Counted from the stretch's first letter, positions 18,837-27,859 are shown. The stretch is DNA of 64,000 nucleotides from Methylococcaceae bacterium (GCA_021736705.1 JAIPFI010000001.1:2729-66728); one strand, 5' to 3'. Numbers and translations are program-made. Notes: generated by a model from the sequence alone, not told the origin.

Positions 18837-19276
18837 TCATTTAGGTTGCTGCGCTAAAGGCAGGTCGCCTATTTTATCAAGAAATAAAGTGCCTTTATCG
18901 GCTAATTCAAATAGCCCTTTTTTGCCAGTAGTTGCTCCAGTAAATGCACCTTTTTCATGACCAAAAAGCTCACTTTCAAATAATTCAGCACTGAGCACGG
19001 TGCAGTCTACCACGGCTAATTCATGCTCTTTGTAGGGTGAATGTTGATGAATGAATTCAGCGGCTAGCTCTTTGTCCGTACCTGTTTTGCCCATTAAAAA
19101 AACAGGCGCGCGTGTTTTACTTGCTTGGTTTAATTTTTGTTGATGGGCGGTAAATACGGTGCAACTACCAGCCATGCTTTATTTAATCCTACAATAGTAA
19201 GCGTATTATCAATAATGATAAACGGACGTTCGTGCGTTTCTAGCAGAGACTCAAGTGAAATTGAATTTTCGAACAT
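18837..19276 (-). pseudogene. Decayed PAS-like + sigma-54 AAA+ enhancer-binding protein
   Basis: MFENSISLESLLETHERPFIIID (PAS-like start) joined out of frame to an AAA fragment with [15 protein letters not shown]; Walker A GKTGTDKE and Walker B FLDKIG are degenerate; stop after QQPK, no HTH. Confidence 0.85.
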
Positions 19277-19302
19277 AATATCTTTATTTAAGACAAAGAA
19301 AG

Positions 19303-19363
19303 CTGTCATGACTGTCATTTTGACCTGTCAGTGCTGTCAGAGGGACTGACAACACTGTCAGTC
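19303..19363. promoter_or_regulatory. Phased CTGTCA repeat array, putative enhancer for a sigma-54 activator
   Basis: CTGTCA at 19303/19312, 19325/19334, CTGACA/CTGTCA at 19346/19355; last pair is the palindrome GACTGACA-ACAC-TGTCAGTC. Confidence 0.65.
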
Positions 19364-19413
19364 GGTAGGGTTCATTCTAGTTGAATGTCATGATATTTCA
19401 ATGTTTTTGAAGT

Positions 19414-19429
19414 TGGCGTCAAGATTGCT
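19414..19429 (+). promoter_or_regulatory. Sigma-54 (-24/-12) promoter
   Basis: TGGCGTC-AAGA-TTGCT, GG-N10-GC spacing, facing the 19548 gene. Confidence 0.7.
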
Positions 19430-19454
19430 TATAATGATCTGTGATCTCACTTTT

Positions 19455-19530
19455 TTAATGCCACTCCTATTGTGAAGTAGGGTCGGAAAGCTTCAGGTCT
19501 TTTGCAATAAAAGATAGCTGGGTTGTGTAA
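19455..19530 (+). ncRNA. c-di-GMP-I (GEMM)-like riboswitch, variant
   Basis: G-CC-ACT-CCTATT-GTGA-AGTAGG-GTC-GG (P2 with GNRA loop), AAAGCTTCAG-GTCTTT...AAAGAT-AG-CTGGGTT (P3); P1 not clearly resolved. Confidence 0.72.
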
Positions 19531-19547
19531 TCCATAAGGATAACCCG

Positions 19548-20255
19548 ATGAAAATTTATACATTAATATTAGCCCTTTCAATCAGCCTATTTAACGGCGG
19601 CGCATTTTCTGCAACTATTCCCTTCGATGCTTCTGGTCGTTTGACAACTGGAACTACTTACGCGGGTGGTATTAATTTGGTGTTAGATGGAACAACGCTG
19701 AATAATGAAGGTGGCGGAAATATATTAAACAGTATGCTTGATGGAAAAAGCTTGGCTTATGCTTATTGTATTGATCTATTTCATAGTATTAGTCTGAATC
19801 AAACGTATAACGCCGATTATAACAATAAAGCCCTTTTTGATGACCGCCCTGAATTAACTGAGATAAACGGAGGTAAGATTGCGTGGTTAATTCTGAATAT
19901 AGCTGAAACTGCGGTTGAAAAATATCAGCAGGCCGGTTTGCAGGCATTAATTTGGGAGCAAGTTTATGGCGCGACAAGGTTTACACTCAATAGTTCAACA
20001 AGTAATCAGATAAAGACTGCGTATCAAACCTATTCGGCGGCATTAGGCGCTAACACAGCTTCTGTTAATGATGTCTTGTGGATTAGTCCTTATCAAAGTA
20101 CTACATCACGTCAGGATTTAGTCGCTTGGGACGGGTTATCGATGAATCTACAGCAAGCAGCAAGTGTATCAACTCCTGAGACTATCTGGTTATTTTCCAT
20201 TGGGCTTGCTGGGCTAGTTGTCTCTTCATGTAAAAAGCGTGGTGTTGTTATGTAA
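19548..20255 (+). CDS. PEP-CTERM-like surface protein with putative Cys-Gln thioester domain
   Basis: Signal peptide; YAYCIDL, LQALIWE, RQDLV; C-terminal VSTPETIWLFSIGLAGLVVSSCKKR (Pro motif, TM helix, basic tail). Confidence 0.8.
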   Translation: MKIYTLILALSISLFNGGAFSATIPFDASGRLTTGTTYAGGINLVLDGTTLNNEGGGNILNSMLDGKSLAYAYCIDLFHSISLNQTYNADYNNKALFDDRPELTEINGGKIAWLILNIAETAVEKYQQAGLQALIWEQVYGATRFTLNSSTSNQIKTAYQTYSAALGANTASVNDVLWISPYQSTTSRQDLVAWDGLSMNLQQAASVSTPETIWLFSIGLAGLVVSSCKKRGVVM

Positions 20256-20283
20256 GGTCAGATTAAATAAACAGCAATCTATT

Positions 20284-20334
20284 AAAAACACGGTGAGCGG
20301 TCTTGTAAAAAGAGCGCTCACTTTGTTTTTTTTT
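20284..20334 (+). terminator. Rho-independent terminator
   Basis: GTGAGCG.TCTT...AAGA.CGCTCAC followed by long T tract. Confidence 0.75.
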
Positions 20335-20444
20335 GATTATTGTCAGCTTACTATGCTGATTAGTCTGTTTTGTTGTATATTGGTTTCGACTTAAAACGGT
20401 CATAATATATTGTTATTTACCTTCAAACTTGAGCGAGCAACATA

Positions 20445-21890
20445 ATGAAAGCGGATATTGGATTAATTGGCCTTGCGGTCATGGGGCAAAATTTAGTCTT
20501 AAACATGAATGACCATGGATTTAAGGTGGCGGTTCATAACCGTTCACCAGATAAAACGGATGATTTTCTTGCAGGTCCTGCGGCAGGAACTCAGGTGACG
20601 GGCGCTTATTCATTACAAGAATTGGTTGATGGTTTGAAAAGTCCGCGAGTTGTCATGTTAATGGTTAAGGCGGGCGATGTGGTTGATAGCTATATTGATC
20701 AATTGGCGCCTTTATTATCGGCGGGTGATGTCATCATTGACGGCGGCAACTCTTTATATAAGGACAGTAACCGTCGCACGGTAGATTTGGCGGCAAAAGA
20801 TATTTTGTATGTGGGTTCGGGTGTTTCCGGTGGTGAAGAAGGTGCGCGTAATGGTCCTTCCATTATGCCGGGTGGAAATAAAGCTGCTTGGTCAATTGTA
20901 CAGCCGATTTTACAAGCGATTTCTGCAAAAGTAGACGGTGAGCCGTGTTGTCAGTGGGTAGGTGAAGAAGGTGCTGGACATTATGTGAAGATGGTACATA
21001 ACGGCATCGAATATGGCGATATGCAAATTATTTGTGAAGCCTATCAATTATTATCGGAAGGTTTGGGTTTAAGTGCGGATGAAATTCAGGTGATTTTTGC
21101 GCAGTGGAATAAAGGTGTTTTGAATTCTTATTTAATCGAGATTACCACTAATATTCTGGGTTACAAAGATGAAGACGGTACACCGTTAGTCAATAAGATT
21201 TTGGATACGGCGGGCCAAAAAGGTACCGGCAAATGGACGGGTATTAATGCCTTAGATTTAGGTGCGCCATTAACTTTGATTGCTGAATCTGTGTTTGCCC
21301 GTTGTTTATCGGCACAAAAAGATGAGCGTGTGCGTGCTTCAAAAATCTTACCGCAAGCGAATGTGAAATTCTCTGGTGATAAAGAAGCGATGATCAAAGC
21401 GATTGGTGATGCGGTTTATGCAGCAAAAATCATTTCTTATGCACAAGGTTTTGGCTTAATGCGTGCAGCAGAAAAAGAGTATGGCTGGAAATTAAACTAC
21501 GGTGGTATTGCTCTAATGTGGCGCGGTGGTTGTATCATTCGTAGTCAGTTCTTAAATGATATTAAAGCGGCTTATGATAATAACCCTGAGTTAGAAAACT
21601 TGTTATTAGCGGACTTTTTCAATAATGCTATTAAAGCGGCTGATGCAGGCTGGCGTGAGGCAGTTGTTTTAGGTGTGCAGTTAGCGGTGCCTACGCCTTC
21701 ATTTTCATCGGCATTGGCTTATTATGATGGCTATCGCAGTGCTCGTTTACCAGCTAATTTATTACAAGCGCAGCGTGATTATTTTGGCGCGCATACTTAT
21801 GAGCGTTTAGATAAGCCTCGCGGTGAGTTCTTCCATACAGATTGGACTGGCACTGGCGGTAAAATGGCGTCTACGACTTATACAGCGTAA
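20445..21890 (+). CDS. gnd: 6-phosphogluconate dehydrogenase, decarboxylating (NADP)
   Basis: GLAVMGQNL, GVSGGEEGA, KMVHNGIEY, QKGTGKW, QAQRDYFGAHTY. Confidence 0.98.
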   Translation: MKADIGLIGLAVMGQNLVLNMNDHGFKVAVHNRSPDKTDDFLAGPAAGTQVTGAYSLQELVDGLKSPRVVMLMVKAGDVVDSYIDQLAPLLSAGDVIIDGGNSLYKDSNRRTVDLAAKDILYVGSGVSGGEEGARNGPSIMPGGNKAAWSIVQPILQAISAKVDGEPCCQWVGEEGAGHYVKMVHNGIEYGDMQIICEAYQLLSEGLGLSADEIQVIFAQWNKGVLNSYLIEITTNILGYKDEDGTPLVNKILDTAGQKGTGKWTGINALDLGAPLTLIAESVFARCLSAQKDERVRASKILPQANVKFSGDKEAMIKAIGDAVYAAKIISYAQGFGLMRAAEKEYGWKLNYGGIALMWRGGCIIRSQFLNDIKAAYDNNPELENLLLADFFNNAIKAADAGWREAVVLGVQLAVPTPSFSSALAYYDGYRSARLPANLLQAQRDYFGAHTYERLDKPRGEFFHTDWTGTGGKMASTTYTA

Positions 21891-22034
21891 ATCTAATTAG
21901 GTAGGCTGAATTAGTTTATCAAGAGCTAAGGCAGATAATGCAGTCCGACATAGGGACTCCCTTGTCGGATTGGTCGGTAGATAGAAAAACGTTAAATGCA
22001 ATGTGTAACGCTTATAAATATCAAGGTGGCATCG

Positions 22035-24095
22035 ATGAAAAATGACAATTCTCAAATAACACTAGACTTGGAAGATGTTAATGGAATATCACGACGAAAG
22101 TTTTTGAAGTATTCTACGGGCATGTTAGCGGCTGTTGCGCTGTATCCTCAGCTAGGCTTTGGATACGGAAGAAAAATACAAGCCTATCCGATTGCTTTTG
22201 ATTACTCCGCTTACCCCATTTCTGGTGTCGCTACAACCGCCCAGCGGATGCTTTCATTTAAGATGAACTGGTCAAGTCCTGCGGATTCCGCACTGCTTAG
22301 TCAGGCCTCAAAAAACCTTTATCAACACACTCAAAGCGCTTCATATGATGGTAAATGGTCATTCGGTGCTGCACTTCCGGTGCAGCAACGCACCGATATT
22401 ATGCCGCTGGGTTATAGCAATCCAACGCCGACCAGACAGACAAAGTTTGTCAACTTCTTTGCGATTACTGACATTCATATCACCGACAAAGAATCACCCA
22501 ATCAACTGATCTATTTGCAACAACAAGATGCCATTTATTCAGGCAAAAATTCATCGATATACTCACCGGTGATGATGTATACAACGCATGTGTTGGACGC
22601 TGCCATTCAGACGGTAAATGCCCTACATCAGCAAAACTCGTTTGATTTTGGCATCTCTCTGGGGGATACGTGCAACAATACTCAGTATAATGAGTTGCGT
22701 TGGTACATTGATGTGTTCGACGGAAAAGTAATTATTCCTAGTTCTGGCGCTCATGTCGGGGCTGACAGTATTGACTATCAAATGCCTTATCAGGCCGCGG
22801 GACTGGATAAAACTATTCCCTGGTATCAGGTTCTTGGCAATCATGATCATTTTTTTATAGGCTCATTTCCTGTCGATGCAGATCCTACATTGGGTATTCG
22901 TGATTCCTACATTGCCGATGCTATCTGGTCTGTTGGAGATATTTTAGTGCCTAATTTCACTACTTTTCCTGCTTTGTTCAGCATGGAAAATATAAAAGTT
23001 TCCTCGGATCCCCTGGCTTCGCGGCCTTATTACATGGGGAATATTGATGGCGCTAGCCCCTACGGAAACATTATCAACATGGGCACCGTCACCGATTTAG
23101 TTTTTGCTGCCGGCGCGCCGAAAGTGGTAGCCGATCAAAATCGACGCTCATTATTAAGGGCGGAGTGGGTGCAAGAATTTTACAATACGACCACACAGCC
23201 AGTCGGTCATGGATTTAATCTGGTTGATAAAAACAATCCAGAATCGGCCAATGGCTTTGCCTGTTATAGTTTTGTCCCGAAAGAAGGCATCCCGCTCAAA
23301 GTTATTGTTCTTGATAATACCCAATCAGAAAATGATGGCTCTGCCGATATTCACGGGCATGGCTATCTTGATGCTAATCGGTGGGCGTGGCTTCAAGCTG
23401 AACTGGCAGCAGGTCAGGCCGACAATCAACTAATGATAATCGCGGCGCACATTCCCATTGCTGTTGCCGCTATTGGTTCCGAGCTGGAGTGGTGGCTGGG
23501 TGATAATACAACGACAGCAGAGTATGAAAATGCTGTCACCATAGATGGCCTGGTGCAGACGCTTTGGGAGCACCCAAATGTTATTGCATGGATTGCAGGG
23601 CATCGTCATACCAATACCGTTAAGGCGTTTATCTCTCCTGATCCTTCTAAGTCTGAACAAGGTTTTTGGCAGATCGAATCCTCTTCATTAAGGGATTTTC
23701 CTCAACAATTTCGTACGTTTGAGCTTTATCTCAACAGCGACTACACGGTTTCTATCGTGACGATTAATGTTGATCCGGCGATTAAAGAAGGAACGCCTGC
23801 TGCAAAATCGCGCGAGAGTGCCATTGCCACGCAACAGATTCTTAAAACTAATTTGACTCCCAACGTTCCTAATAGTGCAAACTTTACTTTGCCTTATAGT
23901 GGTTCATTTCCTGTTCCCAGCATGGATCCGTCACGACCACAGAATGGAACAACAGACGAAACGATTCAATGGGTCAACCTGAGTACCAGTAAAAACGGTG
24001 TGCCTTACAATGCTTCGTATAATGCGGAATTATTCAAGCAGTTAAGCCCTCAAATGGTGAAAGCAATGAAGGAAAAGTATCCGCACTCGACTTAA
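22035..24095 (+). CDS. Tat-exported calcineurin-like metallophosphoesterase (TIGR03768-like)
   Basis: SRRKFLK twin-arginine signal; TDIH.TDKESP, LGD, LGNHDH, AHIP, AGHRH, SSLRDFPQQFR; ATG 22035 behind AAGGTGG preferred over 21996. Confidence 0.85.
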   Translation: MKNDNSQITLDLEDVNGISRRKFLKYSTGMLAAVALYPQLGFGYGRKIQAYPIAFDYSAYPISGVATTAQRMLSFKMNWSSPADSALLSQASKNLYQHTQSASYDGKWSFGAALPVQQRTDIMPLGYSNPTPTRQTKFVNFFAITDIHITDKESPNQLIYLQQQDAIYSGKNSSIYSPVMMYTTHVLDAAIQTVNALHQQNSFDFGISLGDTCNNTQYNELRWYIDVFDGKVIIPSSGAHVGADSIDYQMPYQAAGLDKTIPWYQVLGNHDHFFIGSFPVDADPTLGIRDSYIADAIWSVGDILVPNFTTFPALFSMENIKVSSDPLASRPYYMGNIDGASPYGNIINMGTVTDLVFAAGAPKVVADQNRRSLLRAEWVQEFYNTTTQPVGHGFNLVDKNNPESANGFACYSFVPKEGIPLKVIVLDNTQSENDGSADIHGHGYLDANRWAWLQAELAAGQADNQLMIIAAHIPIAVAAIGSELEWWLGDNTTTAEYENAVTIDGLVQTLWEHPNVIAWIAGHRHTNTVKAFISPDPSKSEQGFWQIESSSLRDFPQQFRTFELYLNSDYTVSIVTINVDPAIKEGTPAAKSRESAIATQQILKTNLTPNVPNSANFTLPYSGSFPVPSMDPSRPQNGTTDETIQWVNLSTSKNGVPYNASYNAELFKQLSPQMVKAMKEKYPHST

Positions 24096-24171
24096 TTAAA
24101 CTCTGATGCTGGCACATGTAGCATCAGTTACTTATTTATACGAAACTCATAACTAATTCAGAGGAAGCATC

Positions 24172-24840
24172 ATGGGTAAATATTTTGTACTCTTATTTCT
24201 ATTATTTACAATGCCTTCCTATGCGGAAAGCTCTAAACTAACGCCAAATAATTCATCAGTAAATGCTTATGATGCAGATGCGGAAAACTCTAAACTAACG
24301 CCAAATAACTCATCAGTAAATGCTTATGATGCAGAGTCTGGGGTGCTTAGACTTAACTCTGTCATCGATTTACAAACGGGAAAAAAGTATACAGGGGTTG
24401 TCGCACAAATAAATAACGCATCCGTTGTTAGCGAAAACTCAACCCTGCCTGGTTTGGACGAAGTGGCAACTTACGATAATACACTAAAGATTATCACCAT
24501 ACCGAGCCTTGCCTATTTACAGGATGGATCGCAACATTACCATATAAAAGCCAAGGTCGATTCGTTTGGCGGTGTCGTAGCTGCAGTAGCCAACACTTAC
24601 GATATCAAGCACGGAACGCTTACACTTTCTATTCTTACCGATCTGCAAACAGCAACAACCTATGCCGATGTTGTTGTGCATGTGAATAATGCTTCTGTTA
24701 TCAGCGAAGATTTAATCGAGCCCGGCCCGAATGAAGTCGCAACTTACGATAACAAACTAAAAATCATAACAATACCAAGTATTACCTACTTACAGGATGG
24801 TTCACAACATTATCATTTGAAGGTCGTTGCTGATTTTTAA
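24172..24840 (+). CDS. Secreted hypothetical protein with nested internal repeats
   Basis: Signal peptide; 19-aa tandem duplication; two ~85-aa repeats each containing two YD...L.I/L units. Confidence 0.8.
   Translation: MGKYFVLLFLLFTMPSYAESSKLTPNNSSVNAYDADAENSKLTPNNSSVNAYDAESGVLRLNSVIDLQTGKKYTGVVAQINNASVVSENSTLPGLDEVATYDNTLKIITIPSLAYLQDGSQHYHIKAKVDSFGGVVAAVANTYDIKHGTLTLSILTDLQTATTYADVVVHVNNASVISEDLIEPGPNEVATYDNKLKIITIPSITYLQDGSQHYHLKVVADF
24221..24335 (+). repeat. In-frame 57-bp tandem duplication
   Basis: ATGCGGAAAGCTCTAAACTAACGCCAAATAATTCATCAGTAAATGCTTATGATGCAG repeated at 24278 with 2 substitutions. Confidence 0.95.
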
Positions 24841-24929
24841 CTACATTCAATGCCCTGCTAACCACCGGGAAAATAAGGGGCGGGCTTTACATATCCAAAC
24901 TACGCATTTTTTGTCAGGAGTTTTTATTT

Positions 24930-25493
24930 ATGCAAATGGTTACCGCTGACGTTTTTACGGCTGAGGATTATTTGGCTTGGGAAGAATTACAGGAAGAAAA
25001 ACATGAGTATGTCGGTGCGGAAGTCTTCGCGATGGGTGGCGTACGACGTGAGCATGTTGTTGCGGGTAATGTTTTTGCTGCATTAAAACAGCGTTTACGC
25101 GGCACTCCTTGCCAAGTTTATATTTCCGATATGAAACTTCGTGTTGAGCAGGTTGATGCCTTTTTTTACCCTGATGTCATGGTCTCTTGCGATAAGCAAG
25201 ATCAACAAGCCGAGCAATTTCTAACTGTGCCTAGCCTTATCATTGAGGTGCTGTCTGACTCGACTGAAGCTTATGATCGAGGTGCTAAATTTGCGGCTTA
25301 TCGGCAGATAGACAGCTTGAAAGAATATGTATTAATAGATATTAAAGCGCGTCGCGTCGAGTGCTTTCGACGTACGGCAGAAAATGATTGGCTATTGCAT
25401 ATTTGTGAGGCCGCCGTGTGTGATTTATATGCCGTGGAAACCTCTATTGCCTTGAGCGAAATTTTTGAAGGTCTGGCTGATAGTCAGCAATAA
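24930..25493 (+). CDS. Uma2 (DUF820) PD-(D/E)XK endonuclease-like protein
   Basis: EDYLAWE...KHEY, YPDVMVSCD, IIEVLSDST...DRGAK, SLKEYVLID. Confidence 0.92.
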   Translation: MQMVTADVFTAEDYLAWEELQEEKHEYVGAEVFAMGGVRREHVVAGNVFAALKQRLRGTPCQVYISDMKLRVEQVDAFFYPDVMVSCDKQDQQAEQFLTVPSLIIEVLSDSTEAYDRGAKFAAYRQIDSLKEYVLIDIKARRVECFRRTAENDWLLHICEAAVCDLYAVETSIALSEIFEGLADSQQ

Positions 25494-25539
25494 CGGGAAT
25501 TATCCCTTACTATTTTGGTCGTTTAAAAGGAGTTTTTAA

Positions 25540-27009
25540 GTGAAAACTGATCCCTGTACTTATGTGATTTTCGGCGCAACAGGCAATTTAGCGCGTATCA
25601 AATTAATTCCTGCCTTATATCATCTGGATATTGAAAACCGTTTAGATGATGACACTAAAATTATCGCGATAGGACGGCGACCCTGGGATAATGATAAATG
25701 GACAACTGAAGTGCGTGATATGCTTGAAGCAAAGGCGCGTGGGGGTATTGACGAAGCTGTTTTTAAGCGTTTTATCGCGCGCTTGCATTATCATGAAGGT
25801 GATATGCAGCAAGCGGAATGTTATGGCAGTCTGGCACAATTACTCACAGATTCTGCTAAGTTTCCACAGAATATGGCTTTTTATTTGGCAATTAATCCAT
25901 CCGATTTTAGTCACGTCATTGAACACCTTAGTGAGCCGAACTTATTAGATGAACAACAATGGTGGCGTCGCGTTATTATTGAAAAGCCATTCGGTACTGA
26001 TTTAGAAAGCTCACGATCCTTGCAAAACAAAATCAGTCAATATTTAAAAGAACAGCAAATTTATCGTATCGACCATTATTTAGGTAAAGGGATGGTGCAG
26101 AATGTTTTGGTTTTTCGATTTGCTAATTCAATGCTCGAACCTTTATGGAATCGAAATTATATAGATCATATTCAGATTACCCATTCAGAGCAATTAGGCA
26201 TTGGCAGTCGTGGTCAGTATTATGACCATACAGGGGCAATGCGCGATATGTTGCAAAGTCATTTATTGCAACTGCTAACTTTAGTCGCGATGGAGCCGCC
26301 GGTTTCTATGGAAGCAGAAGATTTGCGTGATGAAAAAGTGAAAGTGTTAAAATCTATTCGCCCTATTTCCGAAGAGGCGATACATGCGCAAGCTTTTCGA
26401 GCGCAATATGCATCAGGTGAAATTAATGGCGAGCCAGTGAATGGCTATTTACAGGAGGAGGGTATTCCAGCAAATAGTGTGACTGAGACTTATGCTGCGA
26501 TGAAGCTGTATGTTGATAATTGGCGCTGGCGTGGTGTGCCGTTTTATATGCGTACAGGTAAGCGCATGGAAAAAGCACAATCAACGATTTCTATTTGTTT
26601 TAGACATGCTCCTTCGCAATTATTTGCGCATACGCAAGCAGGAAAAATTAAGCAAAATTGGTTGTTATTAGGCATACAGCCCGAAGAATGTATTCGTATG
26701 GAAATGACCGTTAAAGAGCCGGGATTGGAAATGCGTACACGAGTTACTAATCTGGATGCTAGTTTCCGTAATAAAGATGAATTAGCTGCTGATGCTTATG
26801 AAGATTTATTATTGGATGTTATTGAGGGCGATCGTTCTTTATTCCTGAGATATGATGAAGTGGAATATGCGTGGAAAATCGTTGATCCTATTATTAACAA
26901 ATGGTCTGTTGATCGTGACTACATAGCAACTTACCCGGCGGGCTCATGGGGGCCGAATGAGCGCCGTTTATTTGAAAAAGAAAGCCAGAGTTGGCGAAAT
27001 ACTTTATAG
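25540..27009 (+). CDS. zwf: Glucose-6-phosphate 1-dehydrogenase
   Basis: [32 protein letters not shown]. Confidence 0.98.
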   Translation: MKTDPCTYVIFGATGNLARIKLIPALYHLDIENRLDDDTKIIAIGRRPWDNDKWTTEVRDMLEAKARGGIDEAVFKRFIARLHYHEGDMQQAECYGSLAQLLTDSAKFPQNMAFYLAINPSDFSHVIEHLSEPNLLDEQQWWRRVIIEKPFGTDLESSRSLQNKISQYLKEQQIYRIDHYLGKGMVQNVLVFRFANSMLEPLWNRNYIDHIQITHSEQLGIGSRGQYYDHTGAMRDMLQSHLLQLLTLVAMEPPVSMEAEDLRDEKVKVLKSIRPISEEAIHAQAFRAQYASGEINGEPVNGYLQEEGIPANSVTETYAAMKLYVDNWRWRGVPFYMRTGKRMEKAQSTISICFRHAPSQLFAHTQAGKIKQNWLLLGIQPEECIRMEMTVKEPGLEMRTRVTNLDASFRNKDELAADAYEDLLLDVIEGDRSLFLRYDEVEYAWKIVDPIINKWSVDRDYIATYPAGSWGPNERRLFEKESQSWRNTL

Positions 27010-27017
27010 GAAGAAAT

Positions 27018-27683
27018 GTGACACAATTAATAAATTGGAAACCTTTTGATTCAATTGATCAGCTTGCCGAAGCCGTTTGTCGGCGCATTTTAGCGGCTGC
27101 GGATAAATCTATTGGGGCAAGAGGAACGTTTAAACTCGTTTTAGCTGGTGGTACTGCCCCTGTTAAGGCGTATCAGCTATTAGCGACTAAACATGCTGAT
27201 TGGAGTAAATGGCATATTTATCATGGCGATGAACGTTGTTTGCCCGTTGATGATGACGAGCGTAATAGTTTAGTTGCTGAGCAAAAATGGTTGAATTTAG
27301 TCGCTATTCCAAAAACACAAATCCATAATATTCCGGCAGAATTAGGTGCGGAAGTCGGTGCAAAGCAATATGCTGATGTGGTTGCAGCCGCTGGAGTCTT
27401 TGATTTGGTTTTATTAGGCATGGGTGAGGATGGGCATACGGCCAGTTTATTTCCTGGACATGTGCATAATGAAGATGAATTAACTCATGCGGTACATCAT
27501 TCGCCTAAGCCACCTTCTGATCGTGTTAGTATGAGTGCGAGAGCGCTAAGTAATACTAAAGAACTGATTTTTGTTGTTTCGGGTGATAAAAAAGAGGCTC
27601 TTGCTGCATGGCAGAATCAGCAGGATCTGCCGGTTACGCATATCTGTCCGGCTTGCGCTGTTGATGTATTGTTCAGTGTTTAA
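27018..27683 (+). CDS. pgl: 6-phosphogluconolactonase
   Basis: LAGGT.P, GDERC, LLGMGEDGHTASLFP, SPKPPS.RVS; follows zwf. Confidence 0.95.
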   Translation: MTQLINWKPFDSIDQLAEAVCRRILAAADKSIGARGTFKLVLAGGTAPVKAYQLLATKHADWSKWHIYHGDERCLPVDDDERNSLVAEQKWLNLVAIPKTQIHNIPAELGAEVGAKQYADVVAAAGVFDLVLLGMGEDGHTASLFPGHVHNEDELTHAVHHSPKPPSDRVSMSARALSNTKELIFVVSGDKKEALAAWQNQQDLPVTHICPACAVDVLFSV

Positions 27684-27756
27684 GTCTTCCGGGATTTTTG
27701 TTAGTTAATGCTTATTGTCTTTTCTTGGCAGATTTATTGTTTACAAGCGGTTATGA

Positions 27757-27804
27757 AGGTTTGTGATGAAAAATATTACAAACCTCGCGCGTAAACGTTT
27801 ACGC
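27757..27804. promoter_or_regulatory. Two adjacent operator-like inverted repeats
   Basis: AGGTTTGTGAT-N7-ATTACAAACCT (27757-27785, 1 mismatch) and perfect 16-bp GCGTAAACGTTTACGC (27789-27804). Confidence 0.5.
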
Positions 27805-27859
27805 TATAAACCTAAGGATATTAGCCTGTCTATTAGTTAAGGCAGGAGTCGGATTAAGG

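Noticed and set aside
19130-19349. ORFs 19130-19318 (-) and 19137-19349 (+) as independent genes
   Set aside because: The first is the 5' fragment of the activator pseudogene extended into the repeat array; the second is its antisense shadow
19303-19363. CTGTCA repeats as a Pho box or mini-CRISPR
   Set aside because: Period is 9 bp within pairs, not the 11 bp of PhoB boxes; far too short for CRISPR and no cas genes
24221-24335. 57-bp repeat as CRISPR or att site
   Set aside because: Head-to-tail with no spacer, in frame inside a coding sequence
24930-25493. Uma2 nuclease as a defence system
   Set aside because: Single stand-alone gene of a widely scattered family, with no partner methylase, ATPase or antitoxin nearby
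27761-27781. TGTGAT...ATTACA as a CRP or HexR site for zwf-pgl
   Set aside because: Spacing fits neither consensus and it lies downstream of zwf-pgl; kept only as an unassigned inverted repeat
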